Positions 8,301 through 16,497 of a stretch of 46,695 nt of DNA are shown in pieces. This DNA comes from Patescibacteria group bacterium (GTDB lineage: Bacteria; Patescibacteriota; Minisyncoccia; Moranbacterales; SCTJ01): contig SCTJ01000067.1 of NCBI GenBank assembly GCA_004297805.1, positions 1-46,695 on the forward strand, given 5' to 3'. Below the pieces are notes generated by a model. It ran no database searches. It was not told the DNA's origin and worked only from the letters and a program-made list of their open reading frames with translations. A program made the position numbers and the translations under genes. How positions within the stretch are numbered: position 1 is the stretch's first letter; each line of letters starts with the position of its first letter.

Positions 8301-8969
8301 ATGGAAACACTCACTGACAAACAAAAGAACCTACTGGAATTGATCGAAGAATATATTGAGCAGCGCGGCGAGAACCCGACTGGTTATGGAATCCACAAAT
8401 ACATGGAAGCCCAGGGCATCAAAGATAGTTTGAAATCGGTGATGCAGGTTGTGGAGGCCTTGGAGAAAAAGGACTTAGTGAAGCGTGATGGTGATCGCCG
8501 GCTCTACGTTGTCCAGAACGATAATTATGCCGATCTCAAAAACATCTTCTCTATTCCGCTGTATGGCCTAGCCTCGTGCGGTGAAGCCTTGGCCTATGCC
8601 AATGACTCAGCCGAGAGCTATTTGCAATTATCGCGCAGCCTGTTCTCCCAAGTTGAGCCGAAAAACTTGTTCGCCGTCAAAGCTTTGGGGGATTCAATGG
8701 ACAAAGCTGGGATCAATGATGGAGATTATGTGGTTTTTGAAAAGTGCGAACACCAAAATCACTTTTCCCTGGAAGGCAAAGTAGTGGTGGCAGTGATTAA
8801 TGGCCTGGCCACCATCAAGGTGTTCAAAAAAGTGGAAAAGGATGTGATTGGGTTATTTCCTTATTCGAGTAACGATGTTCACCAGCCGATTTTTATTCAC
8901 AAGTCAGACTCGATTTTGATTGCCGGACTATTTCAGCGAGTCTTGCCGGTGAAATACGTGAGTTTGTAG
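8301..8969 (+). CDS. lexA: LexA-like repressor (winged HTH plus S24 autopeptidase)
   Basis: The C-terminal domain has the S24 Ser motif LGDSMDKAGINDGDYVV and a downstream Lys (ATIKVFKK). The N-terminal ~70 aa look like a wHTH. Confidence 0.85.
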   Translation: METLTDKQKNLLELIEEYIEQRGENPTGYGIHKYMEAQGIKDSLKSVMQVVEALEKKDLVKRDGDRRLYVVQNDNYADLKNIFSIPLYGLASCGEALAYANDSAESYLQLSRSLFSQVEPKNLFAVKALGDSMDKAGINDGDYVVFEKCEHQNHFSLEGKVVVAVINGLATIKVFKKVEKDVIGLFPYSSNDVHQPIFIHKSDSILIAGLFQRVLPVKYVSL

Positions 8970-9016
8970 GTAAAAAGGTGGTAGAAAAAAAATGAGAGAT
9001 GTGGTAGGATATCAAC

Positions 9017-11317
9017 ATGGCACGCAAAAAACAGCTAGAGCTAAACGAAAATCAAGATAAGGATTCATCAGGATTTGTTCTCGATGGGGATGCCAAGCGC
9101 AGCATCGTGGCGATTGTTTTGTTCGCCTTTGCTATTCTGGCGGTACTGGGTTTTTGGGGACAAGCCGCCATTTTGGGCCAATGGATCGACATAGCCATGG
9201 GCTTGTCTTTCGGTTGGGGCAAATGGTTGTCGGCGGTGGTCCTGGTGACGATGGGGATAGTCTTATTATTTCGCAAAGAAACAGCGTTCTACGTTTTGAA
9301 AATTATCGGGATTGCGGTCTCTTTCTGGGCGCTGTTGGGATTTTTTCACTTATATTTGTCACCAGACCAATTTTTGAGTGCCGCACAACAAGGACAGGGT
9401 GGCGGCTACTTGGGCTATGTGTTGGCCCTGAGTTTGCTCAAATTCACTGGCGTGACAGCGGGCACAGTGGTGTTGGTGACGCTGCTGCTGGTGGGACTAA
9501 CAGTAGCTCTCAATATGTCGATTGTGCATTTCTTTCAGCGGCTCCGACAGAGGTCGGAAGAGGGCGTAGTCCCGATGCTGAGCAGCAAAGATAAGGTGGT
9601 CGAAGAAACAAAAGAAGTTCCGGAGGAATCAGCGGCGCCTAAACGTGAGTTCGTGAAGGGACCAGATGAGGATGCCAAAGATAAAGCGGTGGAAGGCGGG
9701 TCTCTCCTGGGAGCTTTCAAGCGCAAGTCACTTAAGGGTGGCGAAGATGATTTTGGCTCCAACGCCTTTATCTCGGAAGTGGCTGGCGCTTGGCAATTGC
9801 CATCGCTTGATCTCTTGGAAGCGTCTTCCGGCAAGGCTCAGGGCGGAGACGTGGAAAAAAATGCTGAGATCATTCAAAAAACATTGGGACATTTTGGAGT
9901 GGAGGTGGAACTGGGCGGCATTCAAACTGGGCCCACTATCACACAATATACTTTTCGCCCGGCCGTGGGCATAAAATTGAGCAAAATTACGGGCCTGAGT
10001 GATGATCTGGCGCTGGCTTTAGCCGCGCATCCCATTCGCATTGAAGCGCCGATCCCCGGCAAATCATTGATTGGGATTGAGGTGCCCAACAAATCAATTG
10101 CTACCGTGCGGCTCAAAGATATTTTTCAAAGCGACTTGTTTCGGAAGCGCACGTCCAATCTCATGCTGTCCCTGGGCAAGAATGTGAGCGGCGAACCAAT
10201 TCTGGGGAATTTGGAAAAAATGCCGCACCTGATGATTGCCGGTTCAACTGGCACGGGTAAAAGCGTGTGCGTGAATGCCATCATTACGGCACTGCTCTAT
10301 CAGAATTCTCCGGATGACCTGAAATTCATTTTGGTCGATCCCAAGCGCGTGGAGCTTTCACTTTATAACGGTATCCCACACTTGTTAGCGGATGTGATTG
10401 TGGACAATGCCAAGGTGTTGAGTGCCCTGAAGTGGGCGATTGGTGAAATGGAACGGCGTTACATTTCCTTGCAAGAGACTGGCTCGCGGGATATTCGCTC
10501 TTACAATCAAAAAGTGACGGAGGGGCACCGCAATCGCAAGATCGACAAAGAAACGGGCGAAGTGACGGAAGAGGAGATCAAAAAGTTGCCGTTCATCGTG
10601 ATTATTATTGACGAGTTGGCGGATCTCATGTCATCGCATGGCAAAGAAGTAGAAGGGGCTATCATTCGTTTGGCCCAGATGGCGCGCGCCGTCGGGATTC
10701 ACCTGATTGTGTCGACGCAACGGCCCAGTGTGGAGGTTTTGACTGGCCTCATCAAAGCTAACATTACCACTCGCGTTGCTTTCAAGGTAGCCACTCAGAT
10801 TGACTCACGGACTATTCTGGATACGGGCGGAGCCGAAAAATTGTTAGGCAATGGCGACTTGTTGTTCGTGACGGGTAACTCTGAGGGTCTGAAACGTTTG
10901 CAAGGCGTGTTTGTGTCTGAGTCGGAAGTGAAACGGGTGGTGAAATTCGTGAAGGGACAGAAAATTGAACGGGCTGATGAAGAGATCGGCGAGAATGTGG
11001 TGGAGAGCAGTGAACCGGGCGAACAGGAAAAACTCACCTTTGACGCAGCCCCGACAGGGAGCGATGATGAGGACCCAATGTATGAAGAGGCCAAAAAGGT
11101 GGTGATCGAATGCAAGAAGGCTTCAGCTTCTCTTTTACAACGACGCCTGAGACTGGGTTATGCCCGAGCCGCTCGCATGCTAGATATTCTGGAGGATCGG
11201 GGCGTGATTGGGCCAGGGGATGGCGCCAAACCGCGAGAAGTCTATATTGCTCCCAACGATACTGAATATGCTGATCCGATGCTGGATCAGTCCAAGCGTG
11301 ACAAGTGGCAACTTTAG
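9017..11317 (+). CDS. ftsK: DNA translocase FtsK/SpoIIIE
   Basis: N-terminal TM helices, Walker A GSTGTGKSV, Walker B IIIDELADLM and a gamma-domain wHTH LLQRRLRLGYARAARMLDILEDRGVIG. Confidence 0.95.
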   Translation: MARKKQLELNENQDKDSSGFVLDGDAKRSIVAIVLFAFAILAVLGFWGQAAILGQWIDIAMGLSFGWGKWLSAVVLVTMGIVLLFRKETAFYVLKIIGIAVSFWALLGFFHLYLSPDQFLSAAQQGQGGGYLGYVLALSLLKFTGVTAGTVVLVTLLLVGLTVALNMSIVHFFQRLRQRSEEGVVPMLSSKDKVVEETKEVPEESAAPKREFVKGPDEDAKDKAVEGGSLLGAFKRKSLKGGEDDFGSNAFISEVAGAWQLPSLDLLEASSGKAQGGDVEKNAEIIQKTLGHFGVEVELGGIQTGPTITQYTFRPAVGIKLSKITGLSDDLALALAAHPIRIEAPIPGKSLIGIEVPNKSIATVRLKDIFQSDLFRKRTSNLMLSLGKNVSGEPILGNLEKMPHLMIAGSTGTGKSVCVNAIITALLYQNSPDDLKFILVDPKRVELSLYNGIPHLLADVIVDNAKVLSALKWAIGEMERRYISLQETGSRDIRSYNQKVTEGHRNRKIDKETGEVTEEEIKKLPFIVIIIDELADLMSSHGKEVEGAIIRLAQMARAVGIHLIVSTQRPSVEVLTGLIKANITTRVAFKVATQIDSRTILDTGGAEKLLGNGDLLFVTGNSEGLKRLQGVFVSESEVKRVVKFVKGQKIERADEEIGENVVESSEPGEQEKLTFDAAPTGSDDEDPMYEEAKKVVIECKKASASLLQRRLRLGYARAARMLDILEDRGVIGPGDGAKPREVYIAPNDTEYADPMLDQSKRDKWQL

Positions 11318-11371
11318 CTAATACTGACCGGCACAGTTGCAGGATTTTCTGCGGGATGCCATTATGCTTTC

Positions 11372-12358
11372 ATGGTGCCAAACACATTTATCAAGAAAAG
11401 TATCGGTTCACTGACTTTGGGGGAAAAACTGAGGAAACTTCGCAGTGAGCGACGAATTAGCCTGGCAGAGGTGTCCCGAGTCACCAAAATTCAGGTCAAA
11501 TATTTGGAACATTTGGAGAACGGAGACTTTAACAAATTACCGGCCGATGTCTATATTAAGGGATTCCTGCGCAGTTATGCCAATTTTCTGGGAGTGAGCG
11601 AGGAGCTGCTGGTGCGCAAATATGAACGGGAACGAGACATTCACAAAAACATGAACAAGACTGGTGTGTCGGACGAATTCATGACGCCGGTGAAATTTTC
11701 CAATTTTGTGATCACTCCCAAGCTGTTAGTGATCACTGCTGGAATAATAATTTCCGTGTTGGGATTTGCCTATCTTTATCGAGAGGCTAACACCTTCATC
11801 TCCACACCGCTTTTGGTGGTTGACTCTCCGGTTGAAAATTTTGTGACGCGTGATCAAGCGGTATCAGTTTCCGGAGTGTCGGAACGCGATGCGGAAGTCA
11901 CGATTAACAATCAGGCAGTGGTGGTGGATGACACGGGCCGGTTTGGAGTGATGATTGATTTGCAAGAGGGCAGCAACACAATTGTCGTACGAGCTAAAAA
12001 TCGTTTTGAGAAGGTGACTGAAAAAGCACTTTCGGTGCAACGAGAAGTAGAGCCAGTGGCGGAGGAAGTCGCTCCGCCGGCCGAAACTTCAGCGGAAAAT
12101 AAACAAGCGATCAAAGTTGAAATTTCAGTTGATCCAAGTCCCACCTGGATTTCGGTGGAGGTGGATGGCGATCTCAAATATAGCGGAGTGTTGGAGGTGA
12201 GCGACGTCAAAACCTTTGAAGGCAAAAGCAAAATCGTGATCGGATCAGAGCGTGGCAACAACACCTTCATTAAGCTTAACGGAGCTGAGAAACAACTCCT
12301 CAGTCCTAATCCCGGTGAAGTCAAAAATATCACCTTTGTCGCCATTGAACAAAAATAA
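11372..12358 (+). CDS. rodZ: RodZ-like cytoskeleton-associated protein (XRE HTH, TM, C-terminal beta domain)
   Basis: HTH LGEKLRKLRSERRISLAEVSRVTKIQVKYLEHLENGDF, a single TM (LLVITAGIIISVLGFAYL) and a DUF4115-like C-terminus. Confidence 0.7.
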   Translation: MVPNTFIKKSIGSLTLGEKLRKLRSERRISLAEVSRVTKIQVKYLEHLENGDFNKLPADVYIKGFLRSYANFLGVSEELLVRKYERERDIHKNMNKTGVSDEFMTPVKFSNFVITPKLLVITAGIIISVLGFAYLYREANTFISTPLLVVDSPVENFVTRDQAVSVSGVSERDAEVTINNQAVVVDDTGRFGVMIDLQEGSNTIVVRAKNRFEKVTEKALSVQREVEPVAEEVAPPAETSAENKQAIKVEISVDPSPTWISVEVDGDLKYSGVLEVSDVKTFEGKSKIVIGSERGNNTFIKLNGAEKQLLSPNPGEVKNITFVAIEQK

Positions 12359-12389
12359 TTTTTTTTATTAATCTAATATCCAAAAAAAT

Positions 12390-13391
12390 ATGGCCAAAAC
12401 AACTGAGGCTCCCGAGGAAAACAAAGTCGACAAAGTAGTTGATGAGATCAGAGAGAAATTTGGAGAGGGATTAATCATGAAGTTGGGGGATATTCGCAAG
12501 GTGGATGTGGCGGCCATTCCGACTGGTTCAGTGTCGCTCGACATTGCCTTGGGCATTGGTGGCGTGCCGCGCGGCCGGGTGATTGAAATTTATGGACCGG
12601 AATCGTCTGGCAAAACGACGCTCGCTCTGCACATTATTGCCCAGGCCCAAAAAGCGGGAGGCACTTCAGCCTTTGTGGATGCCGAGCATGCCCTCGATCC
12701 GGAATATGCCAAGAAGATCGGCGTAAAGATTAATGATTTGCTCATCTCGCAACCGGATACGGGCGAACAAGCACTCGACATTGTGGAAACTTTGGTGCGT
12801 TCCAACGCAGTAGATGTGATCGTGATAGATTCCGTGGCCGCTTTGGTGCCCAAGGCGGAAATTGAAGGGGACATGGGTGACCAGCACATGGGGCGCCAAG
12901 CCAGGCTCATGTCGCAAGCCCTGCGCAAGCTCACGGCCATTATTGCCAAAACGAATGTAGTGGTGATTTTCATCAATCAGATCCGCATGAAGATTGGAAT
13001 CATGTTTGGTAATCCCGAGACCACCACGGGCGGACAGGCGCTCAAATTCTACTCCTCGGTGCGCATGGAAGTGCGACGCTCGGCGCAAATCAAGAAGGGC
13101 GAGGAAGTGGTGGGGAATCGCGTGAAAGTGAAAATTGTGAAAAACAAAGTGGCCCCACCATTTCGCACGACTGAATTCGACATCATGTATAACGAAGGCA
13201 TCTCGCAAGGCGGGGACATCTTGGACACGGGCGTGAAATATGAAGTAGTGGCCAAGGCTGGCAATTCCTATGCTTTTGGCACTGAGAAATTGGGAGTCGG
13301 CCGTGAAGCTGCCAAACAATTCTTGAAAGAGAATCCGAAAGTATCAGCGGCCATTGCCAAAGCGTCCAAGGAAAAGGCCAAGGAGATATAA
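12390..13391 (+). CDS. recA: recombinase RecA
   Basis: Walker [13 protein letters not shown] plus [10 protein letters not shown] and IDSVAAL motifs. Length is 333 aa. Confidence 0.97.
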   Translation: MAKTTEAPEENKVDKVVDEIREKFGEGLIMKLGDIRKVDVAAIPTGSVSLDIALGIGGVPRGRVIEIYGPESSGKTTLALHIIAQAQKAGGTSAFVDAEHALDPEYAKKIGVKINDLLISQPDTGEQALDIVETLVRSNAVDVIVIDSVAALVPKAEIEGDMGDQHMGRQARLMSQALRKLTAIIAKTNVVVIFINQIRMKIGIMFGNPETTTGGQALKFYSSVRMEVRRSAQIKKGEEVVGNRVKVKIVKNKVAPPFRTTEFDIMYNEGISQGGDILDTGVKYEVVAKAGNSYAFGTEKLGVGREAAKQFLKENPKVSAAIAKASKEKAKEI

Positions 13392-13411
13392 TAGGCGATA
13401 TGTGATTTTCC

Positions 13412-13445
13412 AAAGCCCGGCTCGTGAAGTCGGGCTTTTGTTTTA
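13412..13445 (+). terminator. intrinsic terminator after recA
   Basis: AAAGCCCG-(11 nt)-CGGGCTTT followed by a T-rich run. Confidence 0.75.
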
Positions 13446-13483
13446 GTCATAGATAGTGCAGAAATATATTACGATCATGACCC

Positions 13484-13512
13484 TTGCCAAAATTGAAAAG
13501 ACAGTATATAGT
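13484..13512 (+). promoter_or_regulatory. sigma-70-type promoter upstream of the rpsF leader
   Basis: TTGCCA, 17-nt spacer, TATAGT. Confidence 0.55.
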
Positions 13513-13519
13513 GAGGAAA

Positions 13520-13620
13520 CAATCTGGAAAGTCCCGGTCAGTCCCGCCTCTCCTAAGTGAGGGGATAGGACGGACAAGTATCCATCAGGATCGGACTTTC
13601 TTGGTGGTTTTTGTTTTTAT
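13520..13620 (+). ncRNA. structured ~100-nt RNA element, either an rpsF-operon leader/attenuator or an independent small RNA
   Basis: Closing helix GAAAGTCC(C)GGTC at 13527-13539 pairs with GATCGGACTTTC at 13589-13600. It encloses two smaller hairpins (CCTC..GAGG and ATCC-ATCA-GGAT). A GGTGGTTTTTGTTTTT tract follows, 26 nt before the rpsF ATG. Confidence 0.35.
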
Positions 13621-13645
13621 TAGTTAACCATTTTAGTCATAAACT

Positions 13646-14185
13646 ATGCAGTATGAAATCTGCTACCTAGTCGGTGAAGCGAAAGATGCCGAGCTAGACC
13701 GAATCAAGGGGGAAGTTGAGCAATTGATCACTGGCAAAGGCGGGGCTTTTGTGGGGATTGAAACTGTGGAGAAACGCAAACTGGCCTATCCAGTTAACAA
13801 GGAAATCCGCGGAACCTATGTGGCGCGGCGTTTTGAATTTGCTCCAAGCGAAAGCGAAGAGGCTGTAGAGAGCAATCGGATTAGCGAGATCAACAAACAG
13901 CTGACTTTATCAGCTGACGTGATGCGCGCTATCGTGGTGAATGCCGCAGGACTTCCAGAACTCAAGCAACCAGAAGTGCGCTCTTCTTTGCTGCGTCGGG
14001 ATGACTCGCGTCGGGGAGGTGGCGATCGTCGCCGACCAATGCGTCCGACCACCGGCTATTCTCGCCCGCAAGCATCAGCGGCTCCTGTGAGCGCCCCGAG
14101 CGCTCCAGTGGAAAAGCCAGTTGAGAAAGCAGCTGAGCCAGATCAAAATATTGATCAGAAATTAGATGAGATCTTAAACATCTAA
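13646..14185 (+). CDS. rpsF: 30S ribosomal protein S6 with a long Arg/Pro/Ala-rich C-terminal extension
   Basis: S6 core (MQYEICYLV...KRKLAYPV) in the conserved rpsF-ssb-rpsR order. The ~80-aa tail is low complexity. Confidence 0.9.
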   Translation: MQYEICYLVGEAKDAELDRIKGEVEQLITGKGGAFVGIETVEKRKLAYPVNKEIRGTYVARRFEFAPSESEEAVESNRISEINKQLTLSADVMRAIVVNAAGLPELKQPEVRSSLLRRDDSRRGGGDRRRPMRPTTGYSRPQASAAPVSAPSAPVEKPVEKAAEPDQNIDQKLDEILNI

Positions 14186-14288
14186 CAGGCGAATGGCTGT
14201 GAGTAATAACCATGGGTCGTTCGAATAAATTCTCAAGATTTACGAACATCCAAGTTAACACTCCCGACCAATTAGCGTGACAAGGTCT

Positions 14289-14765
14289 ATGAACATCAAC
14301 AAAGTAATCATTGTCGGAAGATTGACTCGCGATCCAGAACTGCGCACCACGCCTTCCGGTCAGACCGTAGCTTCAGTGAGCGTGGCTACCAATCGTTATT
14401 GGACCGACAAGAGCGGACAGAAGCAGGACAAAACTGAGTTTCACAATATTGTGCTCTGGGGACGCCTCGCGGAAATCTGCGGACAATATTTAATCAAAGG
14501 TCAGGAGGCTTATTTCGAAGGACGGTTGGAAACGCGCAAGTTCACTGGCAAGGATGGCGTCGAGCGCAAAGTGACCGACATTGTGGCGGAGAACATGCAG
14601 CTTGGGAGCAAACCTCAAGGAGCCTCGCGAGCCGGGGGATTTGCACCGAGCGCCGGCGCACCGGTTCAGAAGTCACCAGTGGCCGCCCCAGCCGAGGAGA
14701 ACATTCCAACCATTAATTTGGATGAGGAGCCAGGCGAGGTGAAAATCGAGGACATTCCTTTTTAA
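14289..14765 (+). CDS. ssb: single-stranded DNA-binding protein
   Basis: OB-fold N-terminus MNINKVIIVGRLTRDPELRTTPSGQ and acidic C-terminal tip EDIPF. The ATG at 14289 is preferred over the GTG at 14277. Confidence 0.93.
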   Translation: MNINKVIIVGRLTRDPELRTTPSGQTVASVSVATNRYWTDKSGQKQDKTEFHNIVLWGRLAEICGQYLIKGQEAYFEGRLETRKFTGKDGVERKVTDIVAENMQLGSKPQGASRAGGFAPSAGAPVQKSPVAAPAEENIPTINLDEEPGEVKIEDIPF

Positions 14766-14795
14766 GTCAATTACCTAATACGTTAAAATAATTTT

Positions 14796-15002
14796 ATGGA
14801 AATTAAAGGCTGCTATTTCTGTCAGCAAAAAATGGATTCAGTGGACTACAAGGATGCCTATGTGCTTCGCCGGTTTATGAACTCACAGGGTAAAATCTAT
14901 CCACCGAAGAAATTCGGGATCTGCGCCAAGCATCAGCGTTCGTTGGCTAACGCCGTCAAGCGCGCACGGACCATGGCCTTGGTGCCATTCTTGATTAGAT
15001 AA
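14796..15002 (+). CDS. rpsR: 30S ribosomal protein S18
   Basis: CYFCQ...VDYKD..LRRF...GKI.P......CAKHQR.LA.AVKRAR..AL is the typical S18 pattern. Confidence 0.93.
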   Translation: MEIKGCYFCQQKMDSVDYKDAYVLRRFMNSQGKIYPPKKFGICAKHQRSLANAVKRARTMALVPFLIR

Positions 15003-15034
15003 AGCGCATAACGCATAGCGTGGAGCGCGTAACG
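15000..15034 (+). repeat. heptad repeat array (5 units) starting at the rpsR stop codon
   Basis: TAAAGCG CATAACG CATAGCG TGGAGCG CGTAACG. It shares unit types with the arrays at 27946-28008 and 31255-31289. The 15-mer CGTGGAGCGCGTAAC at 15019-15033 is identical to 31274-31288. Confidence 0.85.
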
Positions 15035-15043
15035 TATTGTATT

Positions 15044-15601
15044 ATGCTAGGTATTAACGAAATCAAAACGGGAAAGAGCATCGTGATTGAAGGTCAACCT
15101 TATGTGGTGATTTATCACGAGCATTCCAAAACGGGCCGGGCCGGAGCGGTGCTGCGCACTAAGATTAAAAATCTGGCCACGGGGGCAGTGTTGGAGCGAA
15201 CCTTTCAAGGCGCGGATAAATTAGATGAGGCCGACATGGCCAAATCGAAAGCGCAGTTTCTTTATCGCGAGCATGACAATTTCTATTTCATGGACGCAGA
15301 GAGCTATGAGCAGTTTGCGCTATCCAAAGAAGTGTTGGGCGACGCCGCGCAATATTTGTTGGAAGGAACGGAAGTGACTATTCTCAATTTCAACGGCAAT
15401 CCAATCAACATGGAATTGCCGATCAAGATGACGCTCAAGGTGGTGGAAGCGCCGCCGGGCATCAAGGGCAACACGGCCACGTCAGGGGACAAGGTAGTGA
15501 CAGTGGAAACGGGGATGAAGGTGACTGTTCCGCTCTTCGTCAAAGAAGGCGATCAGCTCATCATCAACACCGAAAAGGGAGAGTACGTGTCGCGCGCTTA
15601 G
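15044..15601 (+). CDS. efp: elongation factor P (Arg at the loop tip)
   Basis: Aligns position by position with E. coli EF-P (EGQPYVVIYHEHSKTGRAGAVLRTKIK against [27 protein letters not shown]). The C-terminal GEYVSRA is present. The ATG at 15044 is preferred because the GTG at 15020 lies inside the heptad array. Confidence 0.93.
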   Translation: MLGINEIKTGKSIVIEGQPYVVIYHEHSKTGRAGAVLRTKIKNLATGAVLERTFQGADKLDEADMAKSKAQFLYREHDNFYFMDAESYEQFALSKEVLGDAAQYLLEGTEVTILNFNGNPINMELPIKMTLKVVEAPPGIKGNTATSGDKVVTVETGMKVTVPLFVKEGDQLIINTEKGEYVSRA

Positions 15602-15627
15602 TAGATACAAAGTGATATGATTTCAAA

Positions 15628-15660
15628 ATACCCCCGACTTTATGTTGGGGGTATTTTTTT
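15628..15660. terminator. bidirectional intrinsic terminator after efp
   Basis: ATACCCCC-(11 nt)-GGGGGTAT, flanked by an A-run upstream and a T-run downstream. Confidence 0.8.
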
Positions 15661-15686
15661 ATGACTGGTAGCTTGGTCAGGTGTTC

Positions 15687-15718
15687 GTCCACTTTCTTTG
15701 GCGTCAAAGAAAGTGGAC
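15687..15718. repeat. perfect 14-bp inverted repeat (hairpin)
   Basis: GTCCACTTTCTTTG-GCGT-CAAAGAAAGTGGAC. Confidence 0.9.
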
Positions 15719-16221
15719 AGAAAGAAAGCGCCGATCCTGACTCCACTCAGCGGAAAATTATCACTCCGCTCGCTAAAAGTTCAGTCTTCTCCGCCTAGGC
15801 GGATACGATTACAAACTTTTTTCACGCTCGCTTCGTTCAATTTTCCTGCGCCTCGGTCGTCACGGACGGATTATTGTTACACACATTTAGGTATGGGCGG
15901 AATACTTTGACACAAAACTCTGAATAAAAAGAAGAGCCGGTCGAGGTAGCTCTTTTCTATGAAACGGAATTCATAAAGAAGAATTATCTCGGCCGGCTAG
16001 TTTCTTGTGTCCGTCAGCTGACGGAAGGACTCGATGGTCCTTCATGGGATGTTAGAACAATCCCATTTGAGCAAAGAGCGTCACCGTCATGAGGGGAACT
16101 AACGATAGCAAAAATGCAAAGTGCATTTCTTGCTCCGCCTTTTCCGCCTCGGCGCGCTCTACGCAGCATGGACAGTCTGGTTTTGTTTCCATACTGTTTT
16201 ACTTAAAGGTGCTTAGAAAAG

Positions 16222-16272
16222 CAAAAAACGGGAAAATCACCCGTTTCACTCTTCATGGTGTTTTATCACCAC
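16222..16272 (-). ncRNA. candidate ~50-nt small RNA, or the 5' part of a longer non-coding transcript
   Basis: It lies between a consensus minus-strand promoter and an intrinsic terminator. Predicted RNA: GUGGUGAUAAAACACCAUGAAGAGUGAAACGGGUGAUUUUCCCGUUUUUUGC, with a 5' hairpin GGUG/CACC and terminator AACGGG/CCCGUU plus a U-run. Confidence 0.3.
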
Positions 16273-16278
16273 GTATCT

Positions 16279-16307
16279 ATTATAGCATAGATTTTTGGTT
16301 CCGTCAA
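16279..16307 (-). promoter_or_regulatory. near-consensus sigma-70 promoter on the minus strand
   Basis: The minus strand reads TTGACG (16307-16302), exactly 17 nt, then TATAAT (16284-16279). No minus-strand CDS lies downstream. Confidence 0.6.
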
Positions 16308-16365
16308 TATTCACCTGGCGTTGCCTTTTGTCGCGGTGTATGTAGTATTATAGAGGAGAACTAAT

Positions 16366-16497
16366 ATGGCGAGATTTACCGTGAGATTCGAACTAACCAC
16401 CAAATATAAACTAGCCGGCGACCCCGACACCAGATCCGCCGTCCGGCGGCTCGGTGCGGGGCAAGTCAACCAGAACAGTTGTTATTATGCGATTTAG
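16366..16497 (+). other. 43-codon uORF whose first 19 codons are a diverged relic of the uvrB 5' end
   Basis: SD GAGGAG at 16353-16358 sits 7 nt before the ATG at 16366. It encodes MARFTVRFELTTKYKLAGDPDTRSAVRRLGAGQVNQNSCYYAI, with stop TAG at 16495-16497, which overlaps the uvrB ATG at 16487. Segment 16384-16422 against 16490-16528 is 30/39 nt identical with 12/13 codons synonymous. Confidence 0.6.

Noticed and set aside
12666-13319. Long antisense or overlapping ORFs inside well-supported genes. Examples: 217 aa opposite recA, 252 aa at 17009-17767 opposite uvrB, 267 aa at 38359-39162 opposite ftsZ, 196 aa at 5475-6065 opposite dnaG and 175 aa at 22933-23460 opposite uvrA
   Set aside because: Their composition is Ser/Thr/Arg/Pro-rich or otherwise not protein-like. 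They have no SD or motifs. Each lies fully inside a gene with strong family signatures. They are typical shadow ORFs.
13520-13620. Calling the recA-rpsF element RNase P RNA (GGAAAGUCCCGG) or 4.5S/SRP RNA (GGUCAGUCC)
   Set aside because: GAAAGUCC pairs locally with GGACUUUC instead of forming a P4 pseudoknot, and only ~100 nt is available. The apical GNRA tetraloop and the 3'-side AGCA of SRP domain IV are absent.
14186-14288. Hairpin GTTCGAATAAAT...ATTTACGAAC between rpsF and ssb as a separate regulatory element
   Set aside because: It is a single modest stem inside an operon spacer with nothing else distinctive. It is most simply an mRNA stability or processing hairpin, and I have no evidence for more.
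15698-16364. The 70-aa (15698-15910) and 91-aa (16089-16364) plus-strand ORFs in the efp-uvrB gap
   Set aside because: They have no SD and odd composition, and they are built largely from the arms of hairpins. I treat the region as non-coding.
15602-16365. Identity of the gap as tmRNA, RNase P RNA, SRP RNA or 6S RNA. A minus-strand reading GCA CCT TTA ... CAT GCT GCG TAG (APLSKTVWKQNQTVHAA-stop) looked briefly like a tmRNA tag
   Set aside because: There is no tRNA-like acceptor/T-arm (no GGTTCGA-type T loop or CCA-proximal helix). There is no GAGGAAAGUCCGG/ACAGAA P4 pair and no GGAA-tetraloop/AGCA SRP motif. The tag-like frame is probably chance.
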